Origin: Proteromonas lacertae
Lineage: Eukaryota
Length of the DNA: 64,000 nucleotides
Direction: 5' to 3'
Assembly: GCA_002245135.1 (NCBI GenBank)
Contig: NGBS01000296.1
Location: forward strand, 62,001-126,000
The position numbers were made by a program, and so were the translations under genes. Below, piece by piece: positions 47,795 to 60,961 of the stretch; positions within the stretch are counted from its first letter, which is position 1; each line of letters begins with the position of its first letter. Under the pieces are notes generated by a model, which was not told the origin of the DNA, did not search any database, and was given only the letters and a program-made list of their open reading frames with translations.

Positions 47795-49247
47795 CTAGAA
47801 TATTACACAACCAGATTTTTTCTTTTTTGCAATTACAATATAATTTCCCTCATTTATCTCTTCTTTTCTATTTATATCATCAATACTATCAAACATCATG
47901 ATCTTTTCATCTTTATCTTTCATTTTATTAGGAGATTTCTTCTCCATTATTAATTCAGCTAAATTCCTCTTTTCTTTTTGTGAATCTGGTGATGAATTTT
48001 GCTGTGAATTTGTTTCACCATTTTCTTGATCAGTTTCTGCATTTACAATTTCTTCAGGTTGTACTCGGTTCTTTCTATTACTCTTTAGATTTTGATTTAA
48101 TGATAATAACCATAATCCAATTATTGTAATGAATATACCAATTGGAAACATAACCCATTGTAAGGTATTGAAATTGGAAATTTCTTGGAAATATATTGCT
48201 CCACTTAAAATAGTAGCAATCATCCATAATCTATAATAATCAATATAAATATTATAATAACTATACGTTTGATATATTGGAACGATAAGAAGAGCTTCAT
48301 ATTTGGCTAATCCTCCATTTAAATGTTTTAGCTATAAATAATAAAAATATTAAAAATAAAAAATACTTGCAAAAACAATGAGCAAACCATCGCGAGTATT
48401 AATAAATAAGATTCAAAGTGTAAAAATGCATCAAATTCTTTACTAAATAACCCAGTAACAACGGCACTAGCTGATTTAGTAAACAAGGTAGTAAAACCAC
48501 CAAATAATCCACCAGTTACAGCGAATAAAATGGGATGAATAGTTTTCAAGATTGGTATAGCTTTAGGATGGTTTAAAGGATGATTAAATATTACATTTAT
48601 GATTCTGATGAGAATCATAAACGTAAGTAATACTATACCTAAGATGGAAAGATATGCAATTGTTAGTTTATTATCATATAAAGCGATTAAACCATCTAAA
48701 TTATACTATTTATATATAAGATAAGATATATAATAAATACATCTGGACTAGTTCTATCACCAAATACAATTGAGATAACAGCTCCAGTAATAATAATGAT
48801 TGTTGCTAAAATATCATATTTGTTTAAATTTTCATGTAAGAATTTCCATGCTAATAATGTGTTAAACACTAATGTTAATGATCCCATTGGAGCTAATAAG
48901 GAGGAAGGTGCTAAACCATAACTAACTATTCAAATATATAAACAACTGTAAAATACAAAAATCGAGAAAGGAAGAACTAATCATTGTAACCATTCCTACT
49001 ATCCATATACAACTCTTTAGTATGTTTTGCTCTTTTACTTCCTTCGGTGCTTCTTCATTCGGGTTATCTTTAATAAATGCTTCCCTTTCCTTTTTACCAT
49101 TTTCAAATTTTTTATCTCTTTTTAAATAAGCGTATTTTTGCTAGCATAGATTATAAAGAGAAAGAATACTAAAACCATCCCCAAAGCTGATAAAAAACTA
49201 CCACACATAGATATTAGAACTCCTAAAATAGATTTTCCAGTTGCCAT
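47795..49247 (-). CDS. NIPA-family magnesium transporter (multi-exon)
   Basis: APSSLLAPMGSLTLVFNTLLA..FLHENL, GGFTTLFTK, LNGGLAKYEALLIVPIYQ, SGAIYFQE. Confidence 0.85.
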
Positions 49248-49369
49248 AATTTTATTTTATGATAGATAGTCGGTAAATGATGTTGTTTCACTTTGAAAAT
49301 TTTATACGTTACAAAAAGTTTGAATGATTTCCAAAAATATATTCGTTTTGAATCAGAAATTTTTTAAAA

Positions 49370-51124
49370 ATGGATTCTCATAAGAACTGGGCTGTTTATT
49401 ACCATCCAAAACACAAAAGACCGTATTCACCTTTGTATAATTCTATTCGTAGGCTTTTCGTAAATCAAGCTGAAAAGATTCCTTCAAGATGGACTAACCC
49501 GTTTTTAGATACGAATGATCCTAAATTATGTTGGTATCAGACAATAGATGTAACTACAAACAAAGCTTATTTCGTGAATGCTTACACAAAAGAAACAAGA
49601 TGGAAACTAACGACTGAGCCATATGTATACTTATTTTATTTATGTACTATTGTGATAGATTGAACTATTAAAGGATAGTTTGGGAAGAGTTTGTACTGGC
49701 TCAGATACTGTTACTAACTCTGTGAGTGATTCTCCTTTGTTTTTAGGAGGTAATAAACTAGCAAGAGCTACATCCACAAGAATCAGAATGTCAATGAGAC
49801 TTTCAAATGTCAAATTACCAAGACAAAAATCTCAAGATAATGCATCATCTGTATATATACTTAATATATATAATGTTATTGTTATATAGAATTCTACAAA
49901 AATATTAAAACGATCAACAAGTACTATTCCATTTCAAAGAAAAATATCAAATAGTAGTTTTACATTAACAGCAAATAGTATAATATTATATGATAAATAT
50001 CATGTTTATTAAATAGCTAAAACTGGTCAAACCTTTACAGATTCATTAGCTATCGCTAAATGTAGAGATGACAGATTAAAAGAGATAAGAGAACGATTTG
50101 CAAAGGCGCAGTTACCATTTACACAAGCAGACATCAAATCAAAAGAAGGAGTGACAAAGAATAGTACAAATATAGATAATAACAACAATATCATTAATAA
50201 AGAGAGAAGAAGTGAAGATGAAGATGATTATTATGATGATCAGATTGGATTTTATGTTTCTTGTAAAGGATTATTTAACTTGTATATTTATATATTATTA
50301 TTATAAATAGAAAAACCAATTATTATTATGTAATTTGTCCTGATAAAAAGCCGCCAATAATTAAAGTTGAAAAGAATGGTCATGAATGTAAAACCTATAC
50401 AATATCAGAGATAGAATCATTAACAGAATTAAAGAATAAACCTCGAGATTTGAAGATTACATTCTGTCCAAAAGATGGTGTTAAGACATATGAAGCAGTG
50501 AGTAATTGGTTTGACAAACCGAAAATATTGACATTTGAATCTGAAGAAAAGAAAATATCATTTTATAGATGTATTTATTATTATATCATTATTATTCTAT
50601 ATATTTATAGTGGTGAATGAATATCAACGTAAATATTGGGAAAATCGTTTCTACGAAATAGCAGAAAGTAAAGCTCAAGATGATCGTGCTAATGATTGTA
50701 TTAGATGGCAAATTGTCTTACTATTTCCAGATGGATTTCAACCATGTGATTTACTATTAAATCTAAGAGATCCAACTTCAAAATATATTACATTTATTAA
50801 TTCAAATGATGAGTATTTATCAAAGATAATGGATTGGGAAGGAATTCCAATAACAGCAATTGAACAGATTAAAGAGAAAGCAAGATCGTTATATCAATCA
50901 CAAGATGAATATATGAATAAATATCACTTTGAAGTGGATAATTTGGATTTTAAACAGGGTGTTACTGTTAAATCTAATCCATCAGCTGTATATATTATAT
51001 ATTGTTTTATTTGTTTTATTAGTTACATATGACTTATAAAAATGGAGAGAAAAAAGTGAAATTGGTTGTTGTATTTCAAACTAAAGATGAAAGAGATAAT
51101 TTTATTAGAACTAAGGAACAGTAA
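49370..51124 (+). CDS. WW-domain protein with PH-like segments (multi-exon)
   Basis: WAVYYHPKHKR..FVNQ...SRW and WYQTIDVTTNKAYFVNAYTKETRW; later LTFESEEK and VVFQTKDERDNF are typical of PH C-terminal helices. Confidence 0.6.
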
Positions 51125-51302
51125 AATCAAATTGTATATATTATATATACTAATGTGTTGAAGTAATTGTATAAATTTGTTAATATGTATTTATTTATAT
51201 TATTTATGTGTTATTGTGGTTTGAAATTAATAATAGTTACTTAGAGTAATACATACAAATACAAAATGAATGAATAAATAACATTAAGAAAAATTAACAA
51301 AA

Positions 51303-51887
51303 TTAATCACTTTCTACTTCCTGTTCTTGTTCATCTTCACTTTCTATTTCTTTTTCAACTTCATCATCTGATTCTTCTTCATTTTTAGCACTTTCTTTCA
51401 ACATTTCAATAAAACTATCACTATCAGCATTTTTAACATCTTTCTTTTTAGTTTTTTCATCTTTCTTTTCTTGTTCATCATGATGTTTTTGAATTGCGTT
51501 AAATAATGCAACAACACCTTTTGTGGCTATCTTTTTATAATTCTTTTCATTTGAGTCATATATAGGTATTAAATTGGTTTTAACACCAATTGGTTCATCT
51601 TTCTCTTTACTTTTCTTCTTTTTCTTGTTGATCATACTTTGTTCTTCTTGAGTTAACTCTTCTTTTTGAATATCCTTCATTTTCCTCTTTTGTTTCTTTT
51701 CAACTTTACTATTGTCTGTTTTTGTATCATCAGAGTTTAATACTGACATCATTAAAGATGATAGAATTTGATTAGGGTTGTTAGATTTCTTATTTTTCTT
51801 CTTAGCAACTGTAGCTTCTTCTATTATTTCATTTTCTGAAATTTCTGATTCAACATCTGCTTCCACTTCTTCAGAATCGTCTGACAT
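51303..51887 (-). CDS. RRP15: Ribosome biogenesis protein Rrp15
   Basis: EKNYKKIATKGVVALFNAI signature, acidic/basic low-complexity flanks. Confidence 0.85.
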   Translation of the reverse strand: MSDDSEEVEADVESEISENEIIEEATVAKKKNKKSNNPNQILSSLMMSVLNSDDTKTDNSKVEKKQKRKMKDIQKEELTQEEQSMINKKKKKSKEKDEPIGVKTNLIPIYDSNEKNYKKIATKGVVALFNAIQKHHDEQEKKDEKTKKKDVKNADSDSFIEMLKESAKNEEESDDEVEKEIESEDEQEQEVESD

Positions 51888-51931
51888 TTAAAAATAATGT
51901 TTGAATAAAGCTTGAAATTTCATTTTTTAAA

Positions 51932-52547
51932 ATGCCATTTACTACACATCAAAGACATAAAAAGATCATACAATTAGCCAAAGGTTATAAAGGGAAGGGT
52001 AAAAATTGTTTTACTATAGCTGTGAGAAGAGTAAATAAAGCTATGCAAAATGAGTATATTGGTAGAAAGCAAATGAAGAGAGATATAAGATCATTGTGGA
52101 TTGAAAGAATAAATGTATTTTTTAATTATATTTTTAATCTTATATTCAGGCTTCAACAAGAACTCAAGGAATATCATATAGTCAATTCATGTTTGGTTGT
52201 CAAATGGCAAGTATAGAAATAAATAGAAAAATGTTAGCTTTATTAGCAATAACAGTATTTTTAACAGCAATTTATGTTCATTTTAGGAACCTTACTCTTT
52301 TGCTTCACTATTACAAGCTGTACAAACATATGGAAATGTAAAACCATCAATTAAAAACTATTTTGAACCTCTTAACAAAAAATCATCAAAATCAAATAAA
52401 GGTGATGAAGATGAAGTTAAACCAGGTGAAAAATCAATAGAACAAATATTAGTAGAAGATGGAGTATGGAAAGAATATAAACCAGAGGATTTGAAACATT
52501 TATCACCAGATGTTTTAGAAAAACTACAGAATTTGAAAATTAATTAG
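51932..52547 (+). CDS. MRPL20: Mitochondrial ribosomal protein L20 (bL20), 2 introns
   Basis: [34 protein letters not shown], then [16 protein letters not shown] after splicing. Confidence 0.9.
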
Positions 52548-52724
52548 ATATTTATTAGTTTTTAAGTTCATTATTTTATTTTATTTAAAAGATTGTTAAC
52601 TTTTTTGATAATTCTCAAATTAATCCTAAGTTTTCATGTTTTATTCTCTCTGTCACCCATTTTCTTATACAGTATTGAATATAGAATAGTTTGATTGTAT
52701 GTTGTGTATAACCGAATAGTGTGA

Positions 52725-53533
52725 ATGATTTATTTCATTATCTTCATATACTTTGCTGTTATAAATGCGTGGGATGGAGAATGTCAAAAGCATACCATTC
52801 AGCAACAGGTTTATACTGAGCAAACAGTGAAAGATACATTAGAACAGATTCTTAAGTTGATTGCTATATATGATCCAGAATCACACAATCACCCTCATAT
52901 ATTTGATATTGGAGCGCGTTATGGCTATTTTTCAATGATGTCACTCCAGTATTTCCCAAATGCATACTTGGATACATTTGAGCCTAATCCAGAACAATAT
53001 TTTCCAATGAAAAAGGCAATGAAACAATTTAATGGTGCTATTGTATATTTTTATAACAAATATAATAATGCAATTAGACTAAGAAGTTATCAGTCAATGA
53101 AACACCTGGATATATGCTTCATTTCCTAAGATATGATACAGAAACACAAGAACGAAGTACATTATTAATCACAAATGCAACAACAGTTGATACTTGGATG
53201 CAAGATATACCAGATGTTTTATTTTTGAAAATTTCCACTTCAAAAACATCTCCAGCAATTATAGCAGGTTCAATATTAGGTTTAAGTAGTAAATCAATAA
53301 AGTATATATTCTTTGAATTTGAACCAAAGAGATTTGAAATAGCAAATACTCTTCAATTATTAGTTGAAAAGAATTACAAAATATATCAAAAAGTTGATGA
53401 ATATTTTATTCCTGTCAGAGCAGGATGTTCCGTTAATAATCCCACTTCTAGAACAATATATTTTGGAATGATTGAAGGGTTGACTTTTGAAAGAAGTATA
53501 ATGAGAAGGTTATGTCCACTTTGTGGATTTTAA
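52725..53533 (+). CDS. Secretory FkbM-like methyltransferase, 1 intron
   Basis: Signal peptide; IFDIGARYGYFS, TFEPNP, TTVDTW..VLFLKI, YIFFE. Confidence 0.7.
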
Positions 53534-53610
53534 TGTTAATAAAAGTAATATACTATTTTCTATTATTTATTGATTAAATATAAAAATAAAAGTATTGACA
53601 ATAATCTATT

Positions 53611-54506
53611 TTAATTATTACTATGTTCTAAATGTAAAGGATTCTCTTTCATTAAATCACAAGCCCTTTGTTCAATAGAAGTTGTTAGTTTCTTTTTCAT
53701 CTTTCTATTATCAGGATATTTCTCTAATAAATTACCTTCTTCATCATAATAATGTCTTATAATTGTAGTTCCTTTCTTATACATCTCATTTTCATCATTA
53801 TAATTAATACCAAATTGTTCATGTAATATTTCATTCTTATCTTTTGATAAAGTTCCATTTAGTTTATTCTCTGCTTCAATTTTTGACATATTTCCTTTTA
53901 AAACTAAAGCCCAAAATGTGGTATTGTATAAATTATTAATATGACAATCCACTTGTCTCCATGATAAATAATCAAATAGACTTTGATCTGTTGGATATAA
54001 TACAACTCTTCCATCAAATGAAGGAGGATATTTCATTGCTATTTCAAAAAAATCTTTCCAATAAAATAAGAAATAGGATGTGAACTGACTTACTATTGTT
54101 GTAAGAATTTTTGCTTCACGACGATTGAACATATTGGTTTGTCTTCTAAGTATAAAACTATATTCATCACTCTATAATTAATAATCATAAAAAAATACTT
54201 GTCCATAAGCCAAAATAATATCACCAGTGTTTTTCAATACTTCATAAGCACTCTACATAATGATATTTAATACATAATACTTTATTCATTAACCCAATTC
54301 CTCTTTCATCATTAGGTTTAGCATAATTATGTTCTTCTGTAAATCTATCAATCAAATATTTTACATAAATCATACTTGTGAAATCCTTTACCATCAATTC
54401 TTACAACAATCCAAGTATCTGGAAGTAATTTATCTTCTTTTTCATATAATTTAACGTATCTATAGATTAAAAGACAATAAATATACTCATATTTAGATTT
54501 TGCCAT
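53611..54506 (-). CDS. THG1: tRNA(His) guanylyltransferase, 4 introns
   Basis: MAKSKYEYVK, VVRIDGKGFH, KPND, YGQSDEYSF, PSFDGR, WRQVDCHINNLYNTTFW. Confidence 0.95.
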
Positions 54507-54537
54507 TTATTAATCGGAAAAAATGGAATTAAATTTC

Positions 54538-54581
54538 TAACCCATAAATTTTTCTATTTAACATTTTGGCTGATATATATA
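54538..54581 (+). promoter_or_regulatory. Putative snRNA-type Pol III promoter (upstream element + TATA)
   Basis: TATATATA at -31..-24 and AACCCATAAAT near -66 relative to the U6atac G at 54605; spacing like USE/PSE+TATA promoters. AT-rich context limits confidence. Confidence 0.4.
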
Positions 54582-54604
54582 GAAAAATGTAACTTCATTA
54601 TTTT

Positions 54605-54719
54605 GTGTTCGATGAGCCGAGAGAAGGTTAGCATCTCCCTCGATAAGGACGGGAAAAGGGTTTAACCCTTCAAATACATAAGGTTTAGGCTTTGCCTTCG
54701 GGCATCTTAACCATTTTTT
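54605..54719 (+). ncRNA. RNU6ATAC: U6atac snRNA (minor spliceosome)
   Basis: GTGTTCGATGA...GAGAGAAGGTTAGCATCTCCCTCGATAAGGACGGGA, central hairpin AAGGGTTTAACCCTT, 3' stem GGTTTAGGCTTTGCCTTCGGGCATCTTAACC, T6 terminator; collinear with human and plant U6atac as I recall them. Confidence 0.93.
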
Positions 54720-54763
54720 GGATGGATTGATGATAAAAATAATTATTTTTGTTATTGTTATGA

Positions 54764-56567
54764 ATATAAAAAGAATAAGAAATGAATAAGAAAGTGAAAG
54801 TGAATTTATTAGTTTAGATTAATTCTTTTTGTAAAGTACAAGCTAATCCATAATAATCACTAAAACATCCACATATTCCTGTTTCTGTATTACAAATACC
54901 ATTTCCACCACATACTAATGGAGAAATTCCATCTTTCACTGCAAATGAAGCTGATGCATCTAATGTAGCACCAGCATTTGCACCATCAGAAAACATTCCA
55001 TGATAACCAGGCGCAGATTTTTGTTCACCAAATTCAGCAGTATTAGAATTTAATGATTTTTGGCCAATAACTCTCATTGGTGTTTGTTTTCCTGTTTGAT
55101 GTTTACCAAATTTAACTGTAATTGTTCCAGTTGGTTCTTCTGTTACATCAGCTAAATCAATTACTCCAGGTGGTAATTTCTGTAATTCTTCTTTAATTGC
55201 TTTAGCTGTTGCTACAGCATCTCCACCACCAGTAACCAAATCAGTATACCATTTTCTTCCTAATTGATCAGTATATTCAATGTAAAATGATTTACTAACT
55301 ACTATACTTCCATCACCATTATTAAATTCAATTGTTTGTGTAGTTTGTGGTTCACTATCACAATCACTTACACTCACATAACCTGTTGGACATTTTCTTT
55401 GACTACAATCATATCCACTCCATTCTTTATCACAAACACATTGAAAACTATGATCTACATCCCAATATTCATATGTCTTTTTACCACTACCAGTCCAATA
55501 TCCATTATCATAATAAGCATCTTCTAATACTCGATCTTCTAACTTCAATAAGTTTACAGCTGTACAAACTCCATGATTATTACAGTTGTTTGGACATTTT
55601 TGTCTTTGACAAGCACTTCCTTCATATCCATCAAAACATTCACATTCACCTTTCACTCTGTCACATTTACCTTGACCACTACATTCTAAATAAGTTCTTT
55701 TACCCTCTCCTAACTCACCATTTGGATCAGTGTAAGGAACATCTCGAGGACATAATCTTAAACTACAATCACCACTTGTAAAACCAACTCCACATAAACA
55801 AACTCCATTGTTACAACTACCATGACCACTACACATATTTGGACATGTTATAGCATAACTACTTATTAACAATAAGCAAAATGTAAAATATTTCATCATT
55901 TCGACTGTAATTCTTATAATGAATATTGAATCAATTCTATTTGATATTAGAAACGAATCTTAATAATCCAATAGTTTTAGATTATATTATTATTTGAAAT
56001 TTCAGTTTAATAGACCTAATTAATTAACATAATAATGATATGATATCCTTTTATTTCTGTATTATTTTCATTATCCTTCTTATTATCAACACTTCAGAAC
56101 ACTTTTCTGTTTTTCTTTCTTTACTTTCTTTCTTTTTGTTTTTCAATCATATTCTATCTATCTATACTAATTATTACATATCGGCTGTTTATATTCTTAA
56201 TATAATACATTTTGTGATAAATTATTTCAAGACAGACTTAATAATGGTTCTATGGATTATTTATACATTAATTAATATATATACAGTGCATCTCACTCAC
56301 ATGATCACTTTTAAACATTCTGATTTTGAATTTATCCATAGATCTTTTCAGCAATCATTATTCGAAAAATAGAAGTTACAATTTGAAATAATTAATATTT
56401 AATCAGTTAATCAAAGTGATTATAACATTCAAAATAAAGGATTTAATATTCGAACATGTTTGATTTTTGATTTTTCATTTTAAACTCAATATATATCAAT
56501 AAATAATATCAATTAAGATTATATATATTTACATTAAGATTTTATTTGGATTTGGTACTCCTAAATA
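54764..56567 (-). repeat. Inverted segmental duplication, arm 2
   Basis: Reverse complement of 42931-44719; ends in an orphan copy of the last codons (YLGVPNPNKILM*) of gene 40719-42969, so this arm is the derived copy. Confidence 0.95.
54814..55899 (-). CDS. Secreted EGF-like tubular mastigoneme-type protein, copy 2
   Basis: Same architecture as 43599-44681; differs in four short segments and one framework residue. Confidence 0.8.
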   Translation of the reverse strand: MMKYFTFCLLLISSYAITCPNMCSGHGSCNNGVCLCGVGFTSGDCSLRLCPRDVPYTDPNGELGEGKRTYLECSGQGKCDRVKGECECFDGYEGSACQRQKCPNNCNNHGVCTAVNLLKLEDRVLEDAYYDNGYWTGSGKKTYEYWDVDHSFQCVCDKEWSGYDCSQRKCPTGYVSVSDCDSEPQTTQTIEFNNGDGSIVVSKSFYIEYTDQLGRKWYTDLVTGGGDAVATAKAIKEELQKLPPGVIDLADVTEEPTGTITVKFGKHQTGKQTPMRVIGQKSLNSNTAEFGEQKSAPGYHGMFSDGANAGATLDASASFAVKDGISPLVCGGNGICNTETGICGCFSDYYGLACTLQKELI

Positions 56568-56823
56568 TAACGAGTGTAGTATTTAGAGATTAATCATGTT
56601 TTCGTAAATATTTATTTTAATAAATGCATGTCTCATAAATTGATTAAATATGATAATTATTTCTTTAATTGACACACTAATGTGCGAATATTTTGAAAAT
56701 TAAAAATATAGTCGTTTTAAACTAAAATTTCGTTATAAATTTATTTTTTGACTTTATAAAGTGTATTATTAATTTTAACAAGCATAAATATAGTTATTTT
56801 TATTGAGCCACAACTTTTATAAT

Positions 56824-58993
56824 ATGTCATCAATGCAATATCGTGAAAGTTCACCCAGCAGAGGATCTACTAAAACCCGTTCTGTTGGAAAGCAGAGTAT
56901 GTCAAATTCTAGATCAAGGTCAAGAATAAGAGATACACAGAAATACACAATAGATGAAATATATTCTTCTGTAAGTAATAAGAGAGATTATGAACCAAGG
57001 TCTGATGATCCTGAACCACAATTAACACCACGATCTGAATTAGCTTGTAAGAGATGTGTATATCTATTTTAATAATTATTTCAATAAATAGGGTGTAATT
57101 CCAAATGATTTAAGAATTAGAGATTTAGATTCATTCTGGAACAATGGAATAGATCCAGCAGTCCAACATATGCGTCATGAAGCCTACAGTCAAATGAGAC
57201 ATGACTTAATGGCATTAGTAAGAAAAGAAAGAAATCAAGTAGTAGAAGAAATGGGAGAAAAGCCCAAAACAAAAGAAGAAAAAGTAAAAAAAGAATTAGA
57301 AGAGTTAAAGCAAAGACAAGAATCATCCTTAATTCAAGAAGAACAACAACGATTAATAAAAGTGCAAAAACAACAACAGAAAGAAATTGAACAATTATTA
57401 GATTATGAATTAATGCAAACGAAATTACAAGAAGAAAACCAAAAGAAGATGGAAAAGGAAGAACAATTAAGAGAACAAAGAAAACAGGAAGAAATAGAAA
57501 GAAAGAAAAGACAAGCTGAATTAGAACGACAAAAACAAATAAAGAGAAAAATGCAAGCTGATTATGAAGAAAGACAGAAGAGAGAATATGCTAAGAAAGA
57601 ATTTGAAGCAGCTCGAAAGAAGCTTGAACAAGATCGAGAATTAGAACGAATGAGAAAAATCGAGGCTTTACATCGTGAAAGAGAAAGACAACAAAAGGAA
57701 GAAGAAAGGCGAAAGAAGACTGAAGCAATATTTAAGAGACAACAACAACAATTGAAAGAAAAGATGAAAGCAATGGAAGATGCAGAGAATGAAAGAAATC
57801 GAAGAAAGGAAGAAGAGAGAAGAGAATATATGGAACGAATGATGAGAAAACGTGAACAAATCGATCAAAGATTAAAAGACAATCAAAAAAAGGCTGAAGA
57901 AATCTTAGAAGCTCGTAGAAAGGAATATTATGACAAAATGAATGAAGTTGAAGAAAGAAAACGACAAGAGGAAGAAGAATATAGAAAACGAGTGGAAGAA
58001 GATCATTCAATTCAAACATTAAAACAACAAAAGAGAGAATTAACTTATAAAGAAGCTCGAAATCGTGAAGAAGAACATCGTCGTGAATTGGAATTTAAAC
58101 AAAAAAGAAATGCTGAAAATTTGAATAAAATCTTAAGTGAAAGAGAGAGAGAAAGATTATTAACATTAGAACGAAAAGCATTAATAAAGAAAGCAAGAGA
58201 AATGAATATTCAAAGATTACGAAGAATCAAACAATTTAAGAATGAACAATTATTAGAAAATATCGAAATGGATAATGCCAAAACAGAACAAATCAAAGAA
58301 GAAAGAATGGAATTATTAAGACGAAGACAAGAAGTAGCTCAACATGCACGTAATCAAAAAGAGGAAATATTGAGAGTAATGGAAGAAGTGAAAAAGACTC
58401 GAAATTGGGAAGAAGCAAATCAACGAATTAATGCGATTTTAAGTGAAAGTCCATTATCATCAACAAAACGAAGTAGATCTCGTGGATCAACATCATCTAA
58501 GTCTAAATCGATGTTTTCAATGGGAAGTAGTAGCAAGAAAAGTAATTATCGAAATAGAAATGAAGATGGAAGTTATAATAATAATAATAATAAATATTAT
58601 GGTGAAGAAGAAGAAGAAGAAAATGATGATGAAGAAGATTATACAAAATATGAAGAAGGAAATGTATATTTTGATAATTCTAATGCAACTTCACCTGATA
58701 ATTCTCCACCTCAATCTCCTCCTTTATATAATAATAATAACACTCATTTCCCAGCTGTACAAGGTGCTAGAAGTTATGAACGATCTCCAAGTGAACAACC
58801 ACCCAGTACATCACAATCACAACCAGCAAATGATGGAAATAATAATGAAGATCCAATGAGAGAAAGGAAAAAGAAACCTAATAGTAGTAGTTCTGCTAAT
58901 TTATATCCAACGAATAAGAATGCTGGAATTCAAAAACCAAAGAAAACTCAAAGTCAAGCTGTATTTGTAGATTATGGAGTTCAAACATTATAA
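56824..58993 (+). CDS. Long charged coiled-coil (trichohyalin-like) protein, 1 intron
   Basis: LTPRSELACKRC..IPNDL N-terminal motif, about 400 aa of E/K/R/Q-rich helix, low-complexity tail. Confidence 0.7.
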
Positions 58994-59321
58994 TTTAGAT
59001 AATTTTGAATTATTTTTACTTTTATTTATATATGTATTTTATTATGTGTGTTTTTAAAGTGGATTATTTCGTTTATATTCTCAATACAATAGATGATACT
59101 AACATTAACAAAATATTGTACATAAGTTATGAATGAGTACTGACGATTATGTAAATAGTTCATCTCCTCTTTTAAATAAGTAGAAACAATCATATAAAAT
59201 AAAGTAGAATAATATTTTTAATATATATATAAATTTTTAATTAATGATAAAACAAAACAATATCAATTGAATTGAGTGTGTGTGTGTGAAAGAGAGAGTG
59301 AGTGATATATAATGTCTATTT

Positions 59322-60961
59322 TTACTTCTGGCTTTTACGTGGAGGAAGTAATACTTGAGATTTCCTATTTCCACCCAAATCATTTAATGCTTCAAATCCT
59401 ATATCAACTTCATCTACACTTAATCTTCTTGCCCAAGCACGACTATTCGCTTTAGGAACTTCAGGAGCCATTGATTTCTTACTTATACTCTTATACAACA
59501 TCACCATCTGTTGTAATTCATCTTTTGATAATGGTTTATAAGTAAGATCTTTCATATCTCCTGAACTAAATGTCATTCCTCGATTTCTAGTTCTTAATTC
59601 ACCAGCACTACTGGATACTTTTCTTTCTTCACCTACAAATAATGAACCTCGTCTTACTTTAGACGATGTACCTGGCATCATACTTTGAGCTCTAGTTCGA
59701 CCAGCAGCATTTAATGTAGAACCAGGTGCAGAATTAGGCATAAATGGAAGATCATCTGGTGGAGTGAATAATCCATCTTCAGGGATAACTCCTAATAGAT
59801 TTGGTCGATTGTTGTTATTACTAAGTGGAGATATATATGGACAAGATGGTAATCCACTATTAGCAGGATTATTACCTACATTCGTATTAATGACTAGTGG
59901 TTGACAAGGAGCTTTAACTTTCTTGTTTAAATAATCATCCCAATTAGTGGTTGCTAAGAATGGATTTGCTTTTAATTCAGCTATACCATCTTCTAAATCT
60001 TCTGAACCAAGTCTTTGAGTAGTATTACGATGTAATAAACCTTTTAATAAACTAATACAATCAGGTGATAACATTGGTGGAAAATCAACTCTTCTAGTTA
60101 AGATTATACTTGGCAATTTTAATTTTTCTTTACATACGAATGGAGTTCTTCCAACTAATAATCTATATAATAATACTCCTAAACTCCAATAATCAATTCC
60201 ATTGTTGTATTCTACTCCCATTAAATATTCTGGTGCCATATATTCATTTACTGTTGACATAAATTCACTATCATTTGTCTATATAATATATATATATATA
60301 ATAATATATACTGAACGTGAAATGGATTGTAAACCATAATCTGTTACAACTACATGACCATCTTTGTTAATCAGTATATTATCAGGTTTTAAATTTTTGT
60401 GTATTATACCCATCTTGTGGAGGTGTTCAAGTGCTAAAATTATCTCGATTATGTAAAATTTTGCTTCACCTTCACGTAAAATGCTTCTTTTATTTGTCAA
60501 TGATAGAATATCACCGTAATTTAAAAAATCCATTACTAAATAAACTTTGTTTGGAGTTTTAAAAGAATCATTTAGTTTAATTATAAAGGGGTGGTCTATT
60601 TTAGTGGTAACTTCTTTTTCTATCTGTTCTTCTATTGCTTCTGCTTGATTCGAAGTATGACGTGAAATAACTTTCATTGCTAGTATTTTACCTGTTTGTT
60701 GATGTTTTACTTTGAAGACCTATTATTTATAAATTGATTATATACTTTCCCAAATGCTCCAGAGCCAACACAGACTATTATTGAAAAATCTTGCATCGAA
60801 ACCTCTGATATAGTTTGGAGTGGTGCAGGAGATGTATGAATCATTTTGGAAGGGTCTATAGCTGGTCCAGCAACATCTATTATACATAAGAGAGTATGAG
60901 TAATACTAGCCACTGGTTTCTCTTCACCACCTTTAGAATTACTCTGGTTTGGATCACTCAT
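59322..60961 (-). CDS. AGC-group Ser/Thr kinase (S6K/SGK/RSK-like), 3 introns
   Basis: VGSGAFGKV, LAMKV, HPFIIKL, IHKNLKPDNIL, DYG, EYMAPE, IDYWSLG, RLGS, AGC tail KKVKAP. HRD reads HKN, so activity is uncertain. Confidence 0.85.
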
